A stretch of DNA of 61,819 bases. It comes from Candidatus Limnocylindrales bacterium (GTDB lineage Bacteria; Chloroflexota; Limnocylindria; Limnocylindrales; CSP1-4). Location: positions 1 through 61,819 of the forward strand of contig JBBSAV010000004.1 of assembly GCA_038251965.1 (NCBI GenBank), given 5' to 3'. The notes beneath the pieces are model-generated. The model had not been told where the DNA came from and did not search any database. It saw only the letters and a list, made by a program, of their open reading frames with translations. The position numbers and the translations under genes are program-made. Numbering within the stretch: the stretch's first letter is position 1; every line of letters begins with the position of its first letter. Below are positions 34,871 through 43,617 of the stretch, in pieces.

Positions 34871-37573
34871 ATGTTCGATCCCTACGGCGATTTCAAGCTC
34901 CTTCCACCCGACCCCGATCCCGATGAGACCCAGGACTGGGTCGCCTCGCTCGATGCCCTGACCGCGGAGCTCGGCCCCGAGCGTGCCCAGTTCGTGCTGT
35001 ACAAGCTGCTCAAGCGCGCGCGCCAGCTGCACATCGGCCTGCCACCGCTGACCCAGACGCGGTACATCAACACCATCAGCCCCGAACAGGAGGCGGCGTT
35101 CCCCGGCGATGAGGACATGGAGCGGCGCATCCGCCGCCTGGTCCGTTGGAATGCTGCGGCCATGGTGCTGCGGGCCAACAAGGCCTCGTCGGGGATAGGT
35201 GGCCATCTCGCCACCTATGCATCCGCGACCAGCCTCTACGAGGTCGGCTTCAACCATTTCTTCCGCGGCAAGGATGCCGAGGGCATGGGTGACCAGATCT
35301 ACTACCAGGGTCATGCTGCGCCCGGCGTCTACGCCCGCGCCTTCCTCGAGGGTCGTCTCTCCGAATCGCAGCTGGACCACTTCCGTCGAGAGGTCGTGCC
35401 CGGTGAGGGCCTGTCCTCGTACCCGCATCCGCGGCTGATGCCCGAATTCTGGGAGTTCCCCAGCGTGTCGATGGGCCTCTCGCCGCTGGCCGCCATCTAC
35501 CAGGCGCGCTTCAACCGCTACCTGCTCGGCCGCGGCATCAAGGACACCTCCGCCAGCCGCGTGTGGGCCTTCCTCGGCGACGGCGAGACCGACGAGCCGG
35601 AGTCCCTGGGGTCGCTCAGCATCGCGGCCCGTGAGGGCCTCGACAACCTCATCTTCGTGGTCAACTGCAATCTGCAGCGTCTCGATGGTCCCGTGCGCGG
35701 CAACGGCAAGATCGTGCAGGAGCTGGAAGCCGTCTTCCGCGGTGCCGGGTGGAACGTCATCAAGGTCATCTGGGGCCGTGAGTGGGATGAGCTGCTGGCG
35801 CGCGATCCCGACGGTGTGCTGGTGCAGCGTATGGCCGATGTACTCGACGGTCAATGGCAGAAGTACTCGGTCGAACCGGGCTCCTACATGCGCGAGCACT
35901 TCTTCGGTACCGACCCGCGCCTTGCCGCACTGGTGGCCGACAAGAGCGACGACGAGCTCAAGGCGCTCCGCCGTGGTGGCCACGACTACCGCAAGCTGTA
36001 CGCGGCCTACGCCAAGGCCGTCGAACCGAACGGCGCACCCACGGTCATCCTGGCCAAGACCGTCAAGGGCTGGACGCTGGGCTCCTCGGTCGAAGCCCGC
36101 AACATCACCCACCAGGCCAAGAAGATGAACGACGAGGAAGTGCGCGTCTTCCGCGACCGCCTGGAACTGCCCATCCCTGACGAGCAGCTCAAGGATGTGC
36201 CCTACTACCATCCCGGTCCCGACTCGCCGGAGATCAAGTACCTGCAGGAGCGCCGAGCTGCGCTGGGTGGCCCCTCGCCGCGCCGCGTCGTCATCAGCAA
36301 GCCACTCGCGACGAGCGGAGACACGCCCTTCGCGGAGTTCGACGCGGGCTCTGGCGGTCAGGCGGTCTCGACCACCATGGCCTTCGCCAAGCTGCTGCGG
36401 AACCTGCTCCGCGACGAGGGCCTGGGCAAGCGCATCGTGCCCATCATCCCCGACGAGGCTCGCACCTTCGGCCTGGATTCGCTGTTCAAGGAGGTCGGCA
36501 TCTACTCTGCCCTGGGTCAGCTCTACGACCCGGTCGACTCCAAGCTGCTGTTCTCCTATCACGAGGCCAAGTCCGGCCAGATCCTTGAGGAGGGCCTCAC
36601 CGAGGCCGGCTCCACAGCGTCGATGCAGGCGGCCGGAACGGCCTACGCCACCCATGCCGAGCCGATGATCCCGTTCTACATCTTCTACTCGATGTTCGGC
36701 TTCCAGCGCACCGGTGACGAGATCTGGGCGTTCTCCGATGCCCGGGGCCGCGGTTTCATGCTCGGCGCCACCGCCGGCCGCACCACCCTCAACGGTGAGG
36801 GTCTGCAGCACCAGGATGGCCACAGTCTCGTGTCTGCCTCAGCGTACCCGTCGTGCCGCGCGTATGACCCGGCCTTCGCCTACGAGACGGCGGCCATCAT
36901 CCGTGATGGCCTGCGACGGATGTACGGACCCGAGCCACAGGACGTCTTCTACTACCTCACGCTCTACAACGAGAACCATTTGATGCCCGCCCGACCCGAA
37001 GGGGTCAGTGACGAAGACATCATCAACGGGCTATACCGGTTCGCAGACGCTCCGGATCTGGGAGAGGGCGCCCCGCGCGCCACCATCCTGGCCTCGGGCG
37101 TGATCATGCAGCAGGCGCTGGCGGCCCAGGCCATGTTGGCCGAGCAGCACGGTGTCGCGGCGGAGGTGTACAGCGCGCCGTCGTTCCAGCTGCTACGAAA
37201 CGAAGCCCTGGAGACAGAGCACTGGAATCTGCACAACCCCGGATCGGAACGCGTGCCCTACGTCACCCGGGTCCTGGCCGAGTCTGCCGCGGCCGGACCG
37301 GTGCTCGCGGTCTCCGACTGGATCGCGGCCTGGCCGGACATGGTCGCCCGCTGGGTGCCGACGGAGGCCTGGCGCAGCATGGGCACCGACGGCTATGGCC
37401 GCAGTGACACGCGTGAGGCCCTGCGCCGCTTCTTCGACATCGACGCGCCGCACATCTGTGCCGGTGTCCTCGTCGAGCTTGCGCGCACCGGAGCGATGGA
37501 CGTGGGGGTCGCGGCGAAAGCCGTGGCCGAGCTGGACCTGGAGCCAGAAGCGCCGTTCGCCATCGACCGCTGA
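34871..37573 (+). CDS. aceE: pyruvate dehydrogenase E1 component, homodimeric type
   Basis: 900 aa. DPDETQDWVASL..YINTI..GGHLATYASA..GDGETDEPES are typical AceE blocks. Confidence 0.95.
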   Translation: MFDPYGDFKLLPPDPDPDETQDWVASLDALTAELGPERAQFVLYKLLKRARQLHIGLPPLTQTRYINTISPEQEAAFPGDEDMERRIRRLVRWNAAAMVLRANKASSGIGGHLATYASATSLYEVGFNHFFRGKDAEGMGDQIYYQGHAAPGVYARAFLEGRLSESQLDHFRREVVPGEGLSSYPHPRLMPEFWEFPSVSMGLSPLAAIYQARFNRYLLGRGIKDTSASRVWAFLGDGETDEPESLGSLSIAAREGLDNLIFVVNCNLQRLDGPVRGNGKIVQELEAVFRGAGWNVIKVIWGREWDELLARDPDGVLVQRMADVLDGQWQKYSVEPGSYMREHFFGTDPRLAALVADKSDDELKALRRGGHDYRKLYAAYAKAVEPNGAPTVILAKTVKGWTLGSSVEARNITHQAKKMNDEEVRVFRDRLELPIPDEQLKDVPYYHPGPDSPEIKYLQERRAALGGPSPRRVVISKPLATSGDTPFAEFDAGSGGQAVSTTMAFAKLLRNLLRDEGLGKRIVPIIPDEARTFGLDSLFKEVGIYSALGQLYDPVDSKLLFSYHEAKSGQILEEGLTEAGSTASMQAAGTAYATHAEPMIPFYIFYSMFGFQRTGDEIWAFSDARGRGFMLGATAGRTTLNGEGLQHQDGHSLVSASAYPSCRAYDPAFAYETAAIIRDGLRRMYGPEPQDVFYYLTLYNENHLMPARPEGVSDEDIINGLYRFADAPDLGEGAPRATILASGVIMQQALAAQAMLAEQHGVAAEVYSAPSFQLLRNEALETEHWNLHNPGSERVPYVTRVLAESAAAGPVLAVSDWIAAWPDMVARWVPTEAWRSMGTDGYGRSDTREALRRFFDIDAPHICAGVLVELARTGAMDVGVAAKAVAELDLEPEAPFAIDR

Positions 37574-37657
37574 GGTTCCCGCTCCAGCGCGGGCCGCGGC
37601 CCGGCTATCCCAAGCAGCCGTGCCCATGTCGGAGAGGGCCGCTACCATCGTGCTGAC

Positions 37658-38257
37658 ATGACCGGGACGACCTCCGCCCCAGCTGCTCGCGCCGCCCCCC
37701 CCGCCCAGTCCGACGACGCCCTCGTCGAGGCGGCGCAGCGGGGTGACCTGCACGCTTGGGAGCGCCTGGTGCGTCGGTACCAGGAGCCGGTCTATCGGGT
37801 GGCTTGGCTGGTCGTCCGAGACACCGAGATGGCGGAGGCGGCGACGCTCTCCACCTTCGTGCGTGCCTTCCGCGCGCTGCCGTCGTACGCGCCGGACCTT
37901 GGCATCTTGCCCTGGCTTTTCCGTATCACGGCCGGCGAGTCTCGTCAGCAGCGTCGTGAATCGAGTCGACCTACCCGTTCGTCACGGCCGGTCGAACGGA
38001 TGCAGGGTCCGCACCGCCCTGCCTCCCCCGTGCCCGGGGTCGCCCACGCCGCCGGTTTGGCGCCGACCGACCGGACCGTCGTCGCCGAAGCATTCGACCG
38101 CCTCGGTGAGGAAGATCGCATGGTCATCGCGGCACGCTACCTCTTCGGCCTGAATCGGGACGACGCAGCAAGCGCGCTGTCCATCTCGTCCGCCATGGTG
38201 GAGGAGCGGCTCAGCGGCGCCCTCAAGCAACTGCGTGTGCGGATGTCGGGGGCCTGA
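37658..38257 (+). CDS. ECF-type RNA polymerase sigma factor
   Basis: Region 2 is LVEAAQRGDLHAWERLVRRYQEPVYRVAWLVV. Region 4 is DRMVIAARYLFGLNRDDAASALSISSAMVEERL. Confidence 0.85.
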   Translation: MTGTTSAPAARAAPPAQSDDALVEAAQRGDLHAWERLVRRYQEPVYRVAWLVVRDTEMAEAATLSTFVRAFRALPSYAPDLGILPWLFRITAGESRQQRRESSRPTRSSRPVERMQGPHRPASPVPGVAHAAGLAPTDRTVVAEAFDRLGEEDRMVIAARYLFGLNRDDAASALSISSAMVEERLSGALKQLRVRMSGA

Positions 38258-39786
38258 TGTCGAACCAAAGCTTGCCGCCGTCGTTCCTGGGCATGCCGGA
38301 CGATCAGCTGGGCACGGTCGCGGTGTCGCTGGCTGTCTCCGAGTTGCGCTGGGCCCCTGATGTGGCACCGGCGGTGATGGATCGCATCTCCCGCGATGCC
38401 GTCGCCTACCCCGAGCACTTCGATCGCCGCCCGCGGCCCCCGATGCCCCCACCAGCACCGATCGCGCTGCCGCCGAGTGAGCGCTCGGCCAAGCGCGCCA
38501 TCGGTCGCCTCGCGGTCTTCGCGGTCATCCTCGCCATCGTAGTCGGGCTCGTCGTCTTCGCTGCCGGTGGTACGACCGGTGCGTGGGGCGCGGACGCTTC
38601 GCCCGCACCGGATGAGGAGGCCTCGGCGGGGCCGTCTGCCGGTACCGAACCCAACCCCGAGCCGACGTCGTTCCCCTTCTTCGATCCTGCCACCGTGTCG
38701 CTGCGGACCGATCTCTTCGTGGACGGTCTTGATGCGCCGGTCTACCTGACCGACGACGGTACCGGCGCCCAGTGCCTCTACGTCGTCGAGCGTGGCGGCA
38801 CGGTGCGCCTGGTCAGGCCCGACGGTGAGCTGCTCGGGCGCCCCTTCCTCGACATCAGTGATCGCGTGAGGGTGGGGCCCGAGCAGGGTCTGCATTCGCT
38901 GGCCTTCCATCCACAGTTCAAGAAGAACGGCCGCTTCTTCGTCCACTACGACTCACTGCCCGACGGCCAGTCGGTCATCGCCGAGTTCAAGGGCAGGCCC
39001 TGCAAGTCCGCCAGCAACAAGGCCACCAAGGCTTCCATCCTCACCGTCGACCAGCCATTCACCAACAACAACGCTGGCTGGATCGGCTTTGGGCCCGATG
39101 GCTATCTGTACATCCCGCTGGGAGATGGCGGCGGTACCGACCCTGGCGACCCAAAAGGCTACGGTCAGTTGGCGGAGCCGCTCTACTCCAAGGTGCTGCG
39201 CATCAATGTCGACAAGGGCAAGCGCTACGCCATCCCCAGCGACAACCCCTACGCCAAGAAGCGCAAGGGCGGCTTTCCCCCCGCGATGTGGGCTCGCGGG
39301 CTGCGTGATCCTCGCCGCTCCAGCTTCGACCGGGCCACCGGCGATCTCTGGATCGGCGATGTCGGACAGCGTATCGAGGAGGTGAACCGCATCCCCGCGG
39401 GCGTACCCGACCTCAACTTCGGCTGGTCCGACGTTGAGGGCGAGGCCACCTGTCACCCCAATGTGCCCGATTGCGATCCGTCGCAGTTCGAGCCGCCGGT
39501 CGCCTTCTATGACAAGGTGCCGCCGCATCGCGCCATCACCGGTGGCTACGTCTATCGCGGTGAGGTGTTCCCGGAACTCGACGGCGTGTACCTCTTCAGC
39601 GACTTCGCCAGCGGCTTCATCTGGGGACTCGACGCAGACGCCGTCGTTGCCGGACAGCCCGCGACGGCCTACCAGCTGCTCGACGCACCCCAGGGCGTCG
39701 TGTCCTTCGGCGAGGACGATACCGGCGAGCTGTACGTGGTGTCCCTCGACGGGAGCGTCTACCGCCTCGGCGTCGACGCCTCCTGA
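38257..39786 (+). CDS. membrane protein: anti-sigma-like N-terminus, one TM, Pro/Glu-rich linker, PQQ-dependent sugar dehydrogenase (SGDH) beta-propeller
   Basis: Its start overlaps the sigma stop (ATGA). TM is LAVFAVILAIVVGLVVFAAG. The propeller blocks are GLDAPVYL..ERGGTVRL..EQGLHSLAFHP..GWIGFGPDGYLYIPLGDGG..RGLRDPRRSSFD..WIGDVGQ. Confidence 0.8.
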   Translation: MSNQSLPPSFLGMPDDQLGTVAVSLAVSELRWAPDVAPAVMDRISRDAVAYPEHFDRRPRPPMPPPAPIALPPSERSAKRAIGRLAVFAVILAIVVGLVVFAAGGTTGAWGADASPAPDEEASAGPSAGTEPNPEPTSFPFFDPATVSLRTDLFVDGLDAPVYLTDDGTGAQCLYVVERGGTVRLVRPDGELLGRPFLDISDRVRVGPEQGLHSLAFHPQFKKNGRFFVHYDSLPDGQSVIAEFKGRPCKSASNKATKASILTVDQPFTNNNAGWIGFGPDGYLYIPLGDGGGTDPGDPKGYGQLAEPLYSKVLRINVDKGKRYAIPSDNPYAKKRKGGFPPAMWARGLRDPRRSSFDRATGDLWIGDVGQRIEEVNRIPAGVPDLNFGWSDVEGEATCHPNVPDCDPSQFEPPVAFYDKVPPHRAITGGYVYRGEVFPELDGVYLFSDFASGFIWGLDADAVVAGQPATAYQLLDAPQGVVSFGEDDTGELYVVSLDGSVYRLGVDAS

Positions 39787-39847
39787 GACGCGTCCCCAGA
39801 GGACCGCGGCCGCGGATCGGGTCCCGGTCGTCGCCGCGAGCCTCGTC

Positions 39848-40723
39848 ATGACGCCTGACCCCGATAGCCTGCGCTATGCGCGTCACTGGGAACCCGTGCT
39901 GGCCGGTCCGGCGCGTCGACTCCTGGCGCGGATCGAGGTCGTTCCCACGGTGTTCCTCGATGTTGGCGCCGGCACGGGCGGATCGGTGCTGGCCGCGGCC
40001 GAACGCTGGCCGGAAGCCCGGATCGTGGCGCTCGACGCTTCGGCGGGCATGCTGTCGGTGGGGAAGCAGCGTGTGGTGGTGGAGCGACCGGCCGAGGCCG
40101 CACGCTTCGAGTGGCTGGTCGCCGACGCCCTGGCCATGCCGCTCGCGGATGGCTCGGTGGATGCGGTCCTGTCGTCCTTCGTCCTGTCGCTGCTGGACGA
40201 CCGACCAGCCATGCTGAGCGAGATTTGGCGGGTGCTGCGCCCGGGCGGGGCGGTGGCGCTGGTGACCTGGAACGCCGACGAGGTGACCGTGGCGGCCGAC
40301 GACGTGACCGTAGGAGCCGACGACGCCTTCGAGCGACTGGTGGCCGAACGAGGGTGGGCTCGCGACCGAGTCGACTTCCGGCCCTCCCGCGCCAGTGACT
40401 ACGCCTCCCTGGAAGAGGTCGAGCGAGAACTGGCCGCGACCGGATTCACCCAGCTTGATGTGAGGGCCGACCAGCTGCGCTACCGCTGGACCCGCGACGC
40501 CTACCTGGCATTCAAAGCGGAGTACGACGAGCGAGACCTCTGGGACTCACTCGTAGAAGCCGATCGCGAACGGTTCCGTGATGAACTCCGCGCGCGTTTG
40601 GCGGCCCTGCCTGACTCGGCATTCGAGTTGCGTGCGCCGCTCGTCGTCGCCGTCGCTCGACGACCTGCTCAGGCAGCGTCGGGCGTGCTCTCCAGCGGGC
40701 GGCAGGACTTGCAAGGGCGATAG
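39848..40723 (+). CDS. class I SAM-dependent methyltransferase
   Basis: FLDVGAGTGGSVL..LDASAGML..LRPGGAVALVTW. I chose the internal ATG at 39848 because the upstream part of the ORF overlaps the previous gene. Confidence 0.8.
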   Translation: MTPDPDSLRYARHWEPVLAGPARRLLARIEVVPTVFLDVGAGTGGSVLAAAERWPEARIVALDASAGMLSVGKQRVVVERPAEAARFEWLVADALAMPLADGSVDAVLSSFVLSLLDDRPAMLSEIWRVLRPGGAVALVTWNADEVTVAADDVTVGADDAFERLVAERGWARDRVDFRPSRASDYASLEEVERELAATGFTQLDVRADQLRYRWTRDAYLAFKAEYDERDLWDSLVEADRERFRDELRARLAALPDSAFELRAPLVVAVARRPAQAASGVLSSGRQDLQGR

Positions 40724-41472
40724 CCGGCCGTCTGCGCTTCAAGGGCCGTGTGGAAGCGGACCTCGTGGTTCGCCGTGATGCGGCGCGCGTGTCGACACGA
40801 GGGGTAGCAGTAGATCATGGTGGAGTCGGACCCGGCATAGCGAACGCGGCCGGCGGCAAGCCTCTCGAGTGCGGACGTGTCGATGCCCTCCAGGGTCAGC
40901 ACCTTCCGCTTCGCCTCCGGGCCACCGGCACCGTAGTTGCCGATGTGTCCATCGGCCCGCACCACGCGGTGGCAAGGGATGATGAACGTGATCGGATTGC
41001 CCGCCAGCGCCGAGCCGACCGCGCGCACCGCCCGCGGCCGCCCGATCTCACGTGCCACCCACGAATACGGCCGCACCTCGCCGAAGGGGATCTCCATGGT
41101 CTTGCGCAGCACGGCCTGTTCGAAGTCGGTCAACACCGCCAGATCGACCGCCGGACCATCGGTGTGCCTGCCCTCGAAACGCTTGCGCACCTGCCGCAGA
41201 AGCTGCTCTGGCATTTCGGCCACGCGGCGCAGCGAGCGCCCGTGGCGCAGCTCGTATTCGGTCTCGAAGCCGGCCGCATCGCGGGCCGGTTCGGCTGCCG
41301 TGATCCCGCTGCTGCCCCAGGCCACGTAGAGCGGCCCGATTGGCCCATCGATGCGGGTCCACGAATCGACCAGCCCGACGGCCGCCATGACCGAGTCGGC
41401 CAGGCCGTCTGGGGCCGGGGTATCGATGGAGCGTAGTGCCTTGACCATGTCGCGTGCCTCCTGCATGTTCAT
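40669..41472 (-). CDS. methylated-DNA--protein-cysteine methyltransferase core with an N-terminal extension and a C-terminal Ada-type Cys4 zinc module
   Basis: IIPCHRVV active-site motif. The C-terminus YCYPSCRHARR..AGYRPCKSCRP parallels my recollection of E. coli N-Ada (FCRPSCRARH..GFRPCKRCQP). 4-nt overlap with the upstream sigma gene. Confidence 0.8.
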   Translation of the reverse strand: MNMQEARDMVKALRSIDTPAPDGLADSVMAAVGLVDSWTRIDGPIGPLYVAWGSSGITAAEPARDAAGFETEYELRHGRSLRRVAEMPEQLLRQVRKRFEGRHTDGPAVDLAVLTDFEQAVLRKTMEIPFGEVRPYSWVAREIGRPRAVRAVGSALAGNPITFIIPCHRVVRADGHIGNYGAGGPEAKRKVLTLEGIDTSALERLAAGRVRYAGSDSTMIYCYPSCRHARRITANHEVRFHTALEAQTAGYRPCKSCRPLESTPDAA

Positions 41473-42017
41473 CTTGCCTCCTCGTCGATCGACTCGCGCA
41501 GCAGACGAACACCGCGGTGGACATCCGACTTCACCGTGCCCAGTGGCCGCTCCAGTGCCTCAGCCAGTTCGGGATAGGAGAGCCCGCTCACGTGCCGCAA
41601 TCCCACCGCCCGCCGGTAGCGGAGAGGGAGGGCGTCGAGCCGTTCGCGCCAGAGGCGTGCCGTCTCCCGCTGCTCGGCAACTCGCTCCGGTCCGGGCGAA
41701 GATGTGTCGGGCCGATCTGCCACCATGTCTAGCTCGGTCGTCGCCGGGGCCCGGCGTTTGGCGTGATCGCGCGACAGATTGCCCACGATGGCGGCCAGCC
41801 AGCCGCGCGGGTGAAGCTCGCGGATGCGCGCCGGGTCGTAGCCGGCCAATGCCCGGTAGGCTCGCATGAAGGCCTCCTGGGCCAGGTCCTCGGCATCCGA
41901 CGGTCGTTTCGTCGAGCGCAGGGCGATGCCGTAGACGAGATCCTGGTGGTGGGCCAGGAACAGCGGAAAGGTCCCGTCGAGGTCGCCGGCGAGCTGGGCC
42001 GGGCAGTCAGTGCACAC
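41469..42017 (-). CDS. ECF-type RNA polymerase sigma factor
   Basis: Region 2 is HHQDLVYGIALRSTKRPSDAEDLAQEAFMRAY. Region 4 is LRHVSGLSYPELAEALERPLGTVKSDVHRG. Confidence 0.85.
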   Translation of the reverse strand: MCTDCPAQLAGDLDGTFPLFLAHHQDLVYGIALRSTKRPSDAEDLAQEAFMRAYRALAGYDPARIRELHPRGWLAAIVGNLSRDHAKRRAPATTELDMVADRPDTSSPGPERVAEQRETARLWRERLDALPLRYRRAVGLRHVSGLSYPELAEALERPLGTVKSDVHRGVRLLRESIDEEAR

Positions 42018-42062
42018 GCAAGCAAGAACACGTGGGGGCGATCATCGGTTGCAGTGTGACCT

Positions 42063-43430
42063 TCAGCGCAGCAGGAAGCCCTGGCCCAGGCGGTCGCGCT
42101 CATCGAGCACGAAGCGCCCGTGGCCGGTCACGTAGCCGCTGCCCTCGATGCTGGTGATGATCGCCTCGTGTTCGCCCAGCATGGTCGTGCCCTCGATGCG
42201 GGCGCTGAACGACTCACCGGTGATGCCGGCATTGACGATGGTGTCGCCTACGTCGGAGGCGCCCAGCGCGTGCCGCGCGGCCAGTAGGGCGGAGGTCCCC
42301 GAGCCACAGGGCGAACGGTCCACCTCGGCAGCGGCGAAGACGGTGATGTTGCGGATGGTGGCATCGACCGCCAGCCCGTCGGGTGAGGTGGCCGGGTCGC
42401 TGTCGACCAGGATGGTGCCGTACACGAAGCCCAGCGACTCATCGGTCGGATGGGTCGGCGTGTGCTCCTGGCGCAGCGCGTCGGTGATAGCGGCGCCGGC
42501 ACGTGTGAGCTGCTCGATCTGCTCGGGCACCACACGCATGCCCAGCTCGGCCACGTCCACGATGCCGTAGTAGGCGCCGCCGAAGGCCAGCTGGACGCTC
42601 AGGCCCTTGCGCTCGGCGGCCGCGCCGAAGAGACGGACGCCTCGGGGGCGCATCAGCAACCGTTCTGCGTGCAGGTAGGCCGGCACGTTCACGAAGCGTA
42701 CCGAGCGCACCACGGGCGCGGCGCTCACACCCACGCTGACGTCCGCCGACGCAGTCACCAGCCCGGCCGGCGTCTCCCAGCGGATCTCCGTGGTCGGCGT
42801 CGCCGCCGGATACAGCCCCTCCTCGATCAGCCCCTGGGTGAGCGCGATGATGCCGTGGCCACACATCGTGCTGTAACCCTCGTTGTGCATGAACAGCACC
42901 GCGATATCAGCATCGCCGCGATGCGGTGCCAGCAGGACCGCACCGTACATGTCGCGATGACCGCGCGGCTCGTACATCAGCATGCGACGGAAGGCGTCAG
43001 CATGCTCACCGACCCAGGCGCGTCGTTCGTCGATGGGCAGCAGTGGGACGGCGGGGTAGCCGCTCCGGATGAGGCGCAGCGGCTCGCCGGCACAGTGCAG
43101 GTCGAGCGTCTCCACGACCACGCGCTCGGCATCACGTTCCTGGGCCTGAGCCGGCGTCCAGGGCAGCGGTCGGCGCGTGATGGCAGCGATCCGCGAACGT
43201 ACTTCCGGATCCGCCCCGAAGGCGCCGACCGTCGTGGCACCCGATTCGAAGACGACCGTCAGGACATGCTCCTGGCCCTCAGAACGCCAGCGACGGGACT
43301 TGGGTTCCCAACCTCGGGCGGCGGCCTGCTGACGCTCACGCAGGAAAGAGCGTTCGGCCGAGGCGCGGTCGGCGGCCGCGTAGGTGCGGATGACCGTGCT
43401 GGTGGCCCCCTTCGCACTCGCTCTCACCAT
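42063..43430 (-). CDS. proline racemase family protein (Cys/Cys type) with a ~105-aa N-terminal extension
   Basis: LHCAGEPLRLI, STMCGHG and DRSPCGSGTSA supply both catalytic Cys residues. I chose the ATG at 43430 (GGAGGG lies 13 nt upstream). GTG codons near 43118 are an alternative start for the core only. Confidence 0.75.
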   Translation of the reverse strand: MVRASAKGATSTVIRTYAAADRASAERSFLRERQQAAARGWEPKSRRWRSEGQEHVLTVVFESGATTVGAFGADPEVRSRIAAITRRPLPWTPAQAQERDAERVVVETLDLHCAGEPLRLIRSGYPAVPLLPIDERRAWVGEHADAFRRMLMYEPRGHRDMYGAVLLAPHRGDADIAVLFMHNEGYSTMCGHGIIALTQGLIEEGLYPAATPTTEIRWETPAGLVTASADVSVGVSAAPVVRSVRFVNVPAYLHAERLLMRPRGVRLFGAAAERKGLSVQLAFGGAYYGIVDVAELGMRVVPEQIEQLTRAGAAITDALRQEHTPTHPTDESLGFVYGTILVDSDPATSPDGLAVDATIRNITVFAAAEVDRSPCGSGTSALLAARHALGASDVGDTIVNAGITGESFSARIEGTTMLGEHEAIITSIEGSGYVTGHGRFVLDERDRLGQGFLLR

Positions 43431-43617
43431 CGTCTGTGTGCCGCCCTCCTGCGTGCCATGATAGCCAGCCGATCGCGTCGACCGTGGCCGATCGCGTCGA
43501 CCGGGGGCCGCTCGCGTCGACCACGGACCACCGTGCCGACCATGGCCCAGCATGCCGACCAAGGCACGACTGCACGAATGCACGGTCGCCGGACACGCTT
43601 TGGTCTACCGTCGCGCC

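Noticed and set aside
34784-36823. The N-terminal ~680 aa of the 1001-aa minus-strand ORF (33818-36823).
   Set aside because: It lies entirely antisense to the very well supported aceE gene and has Arg/Gly/Ala-rich composition with no family resemblance. Only the last 321 codons, starting at the ATG at 34783, form the ROK-family PpgK. It is a shadow ORF of the kind typical of high-GC DNA.
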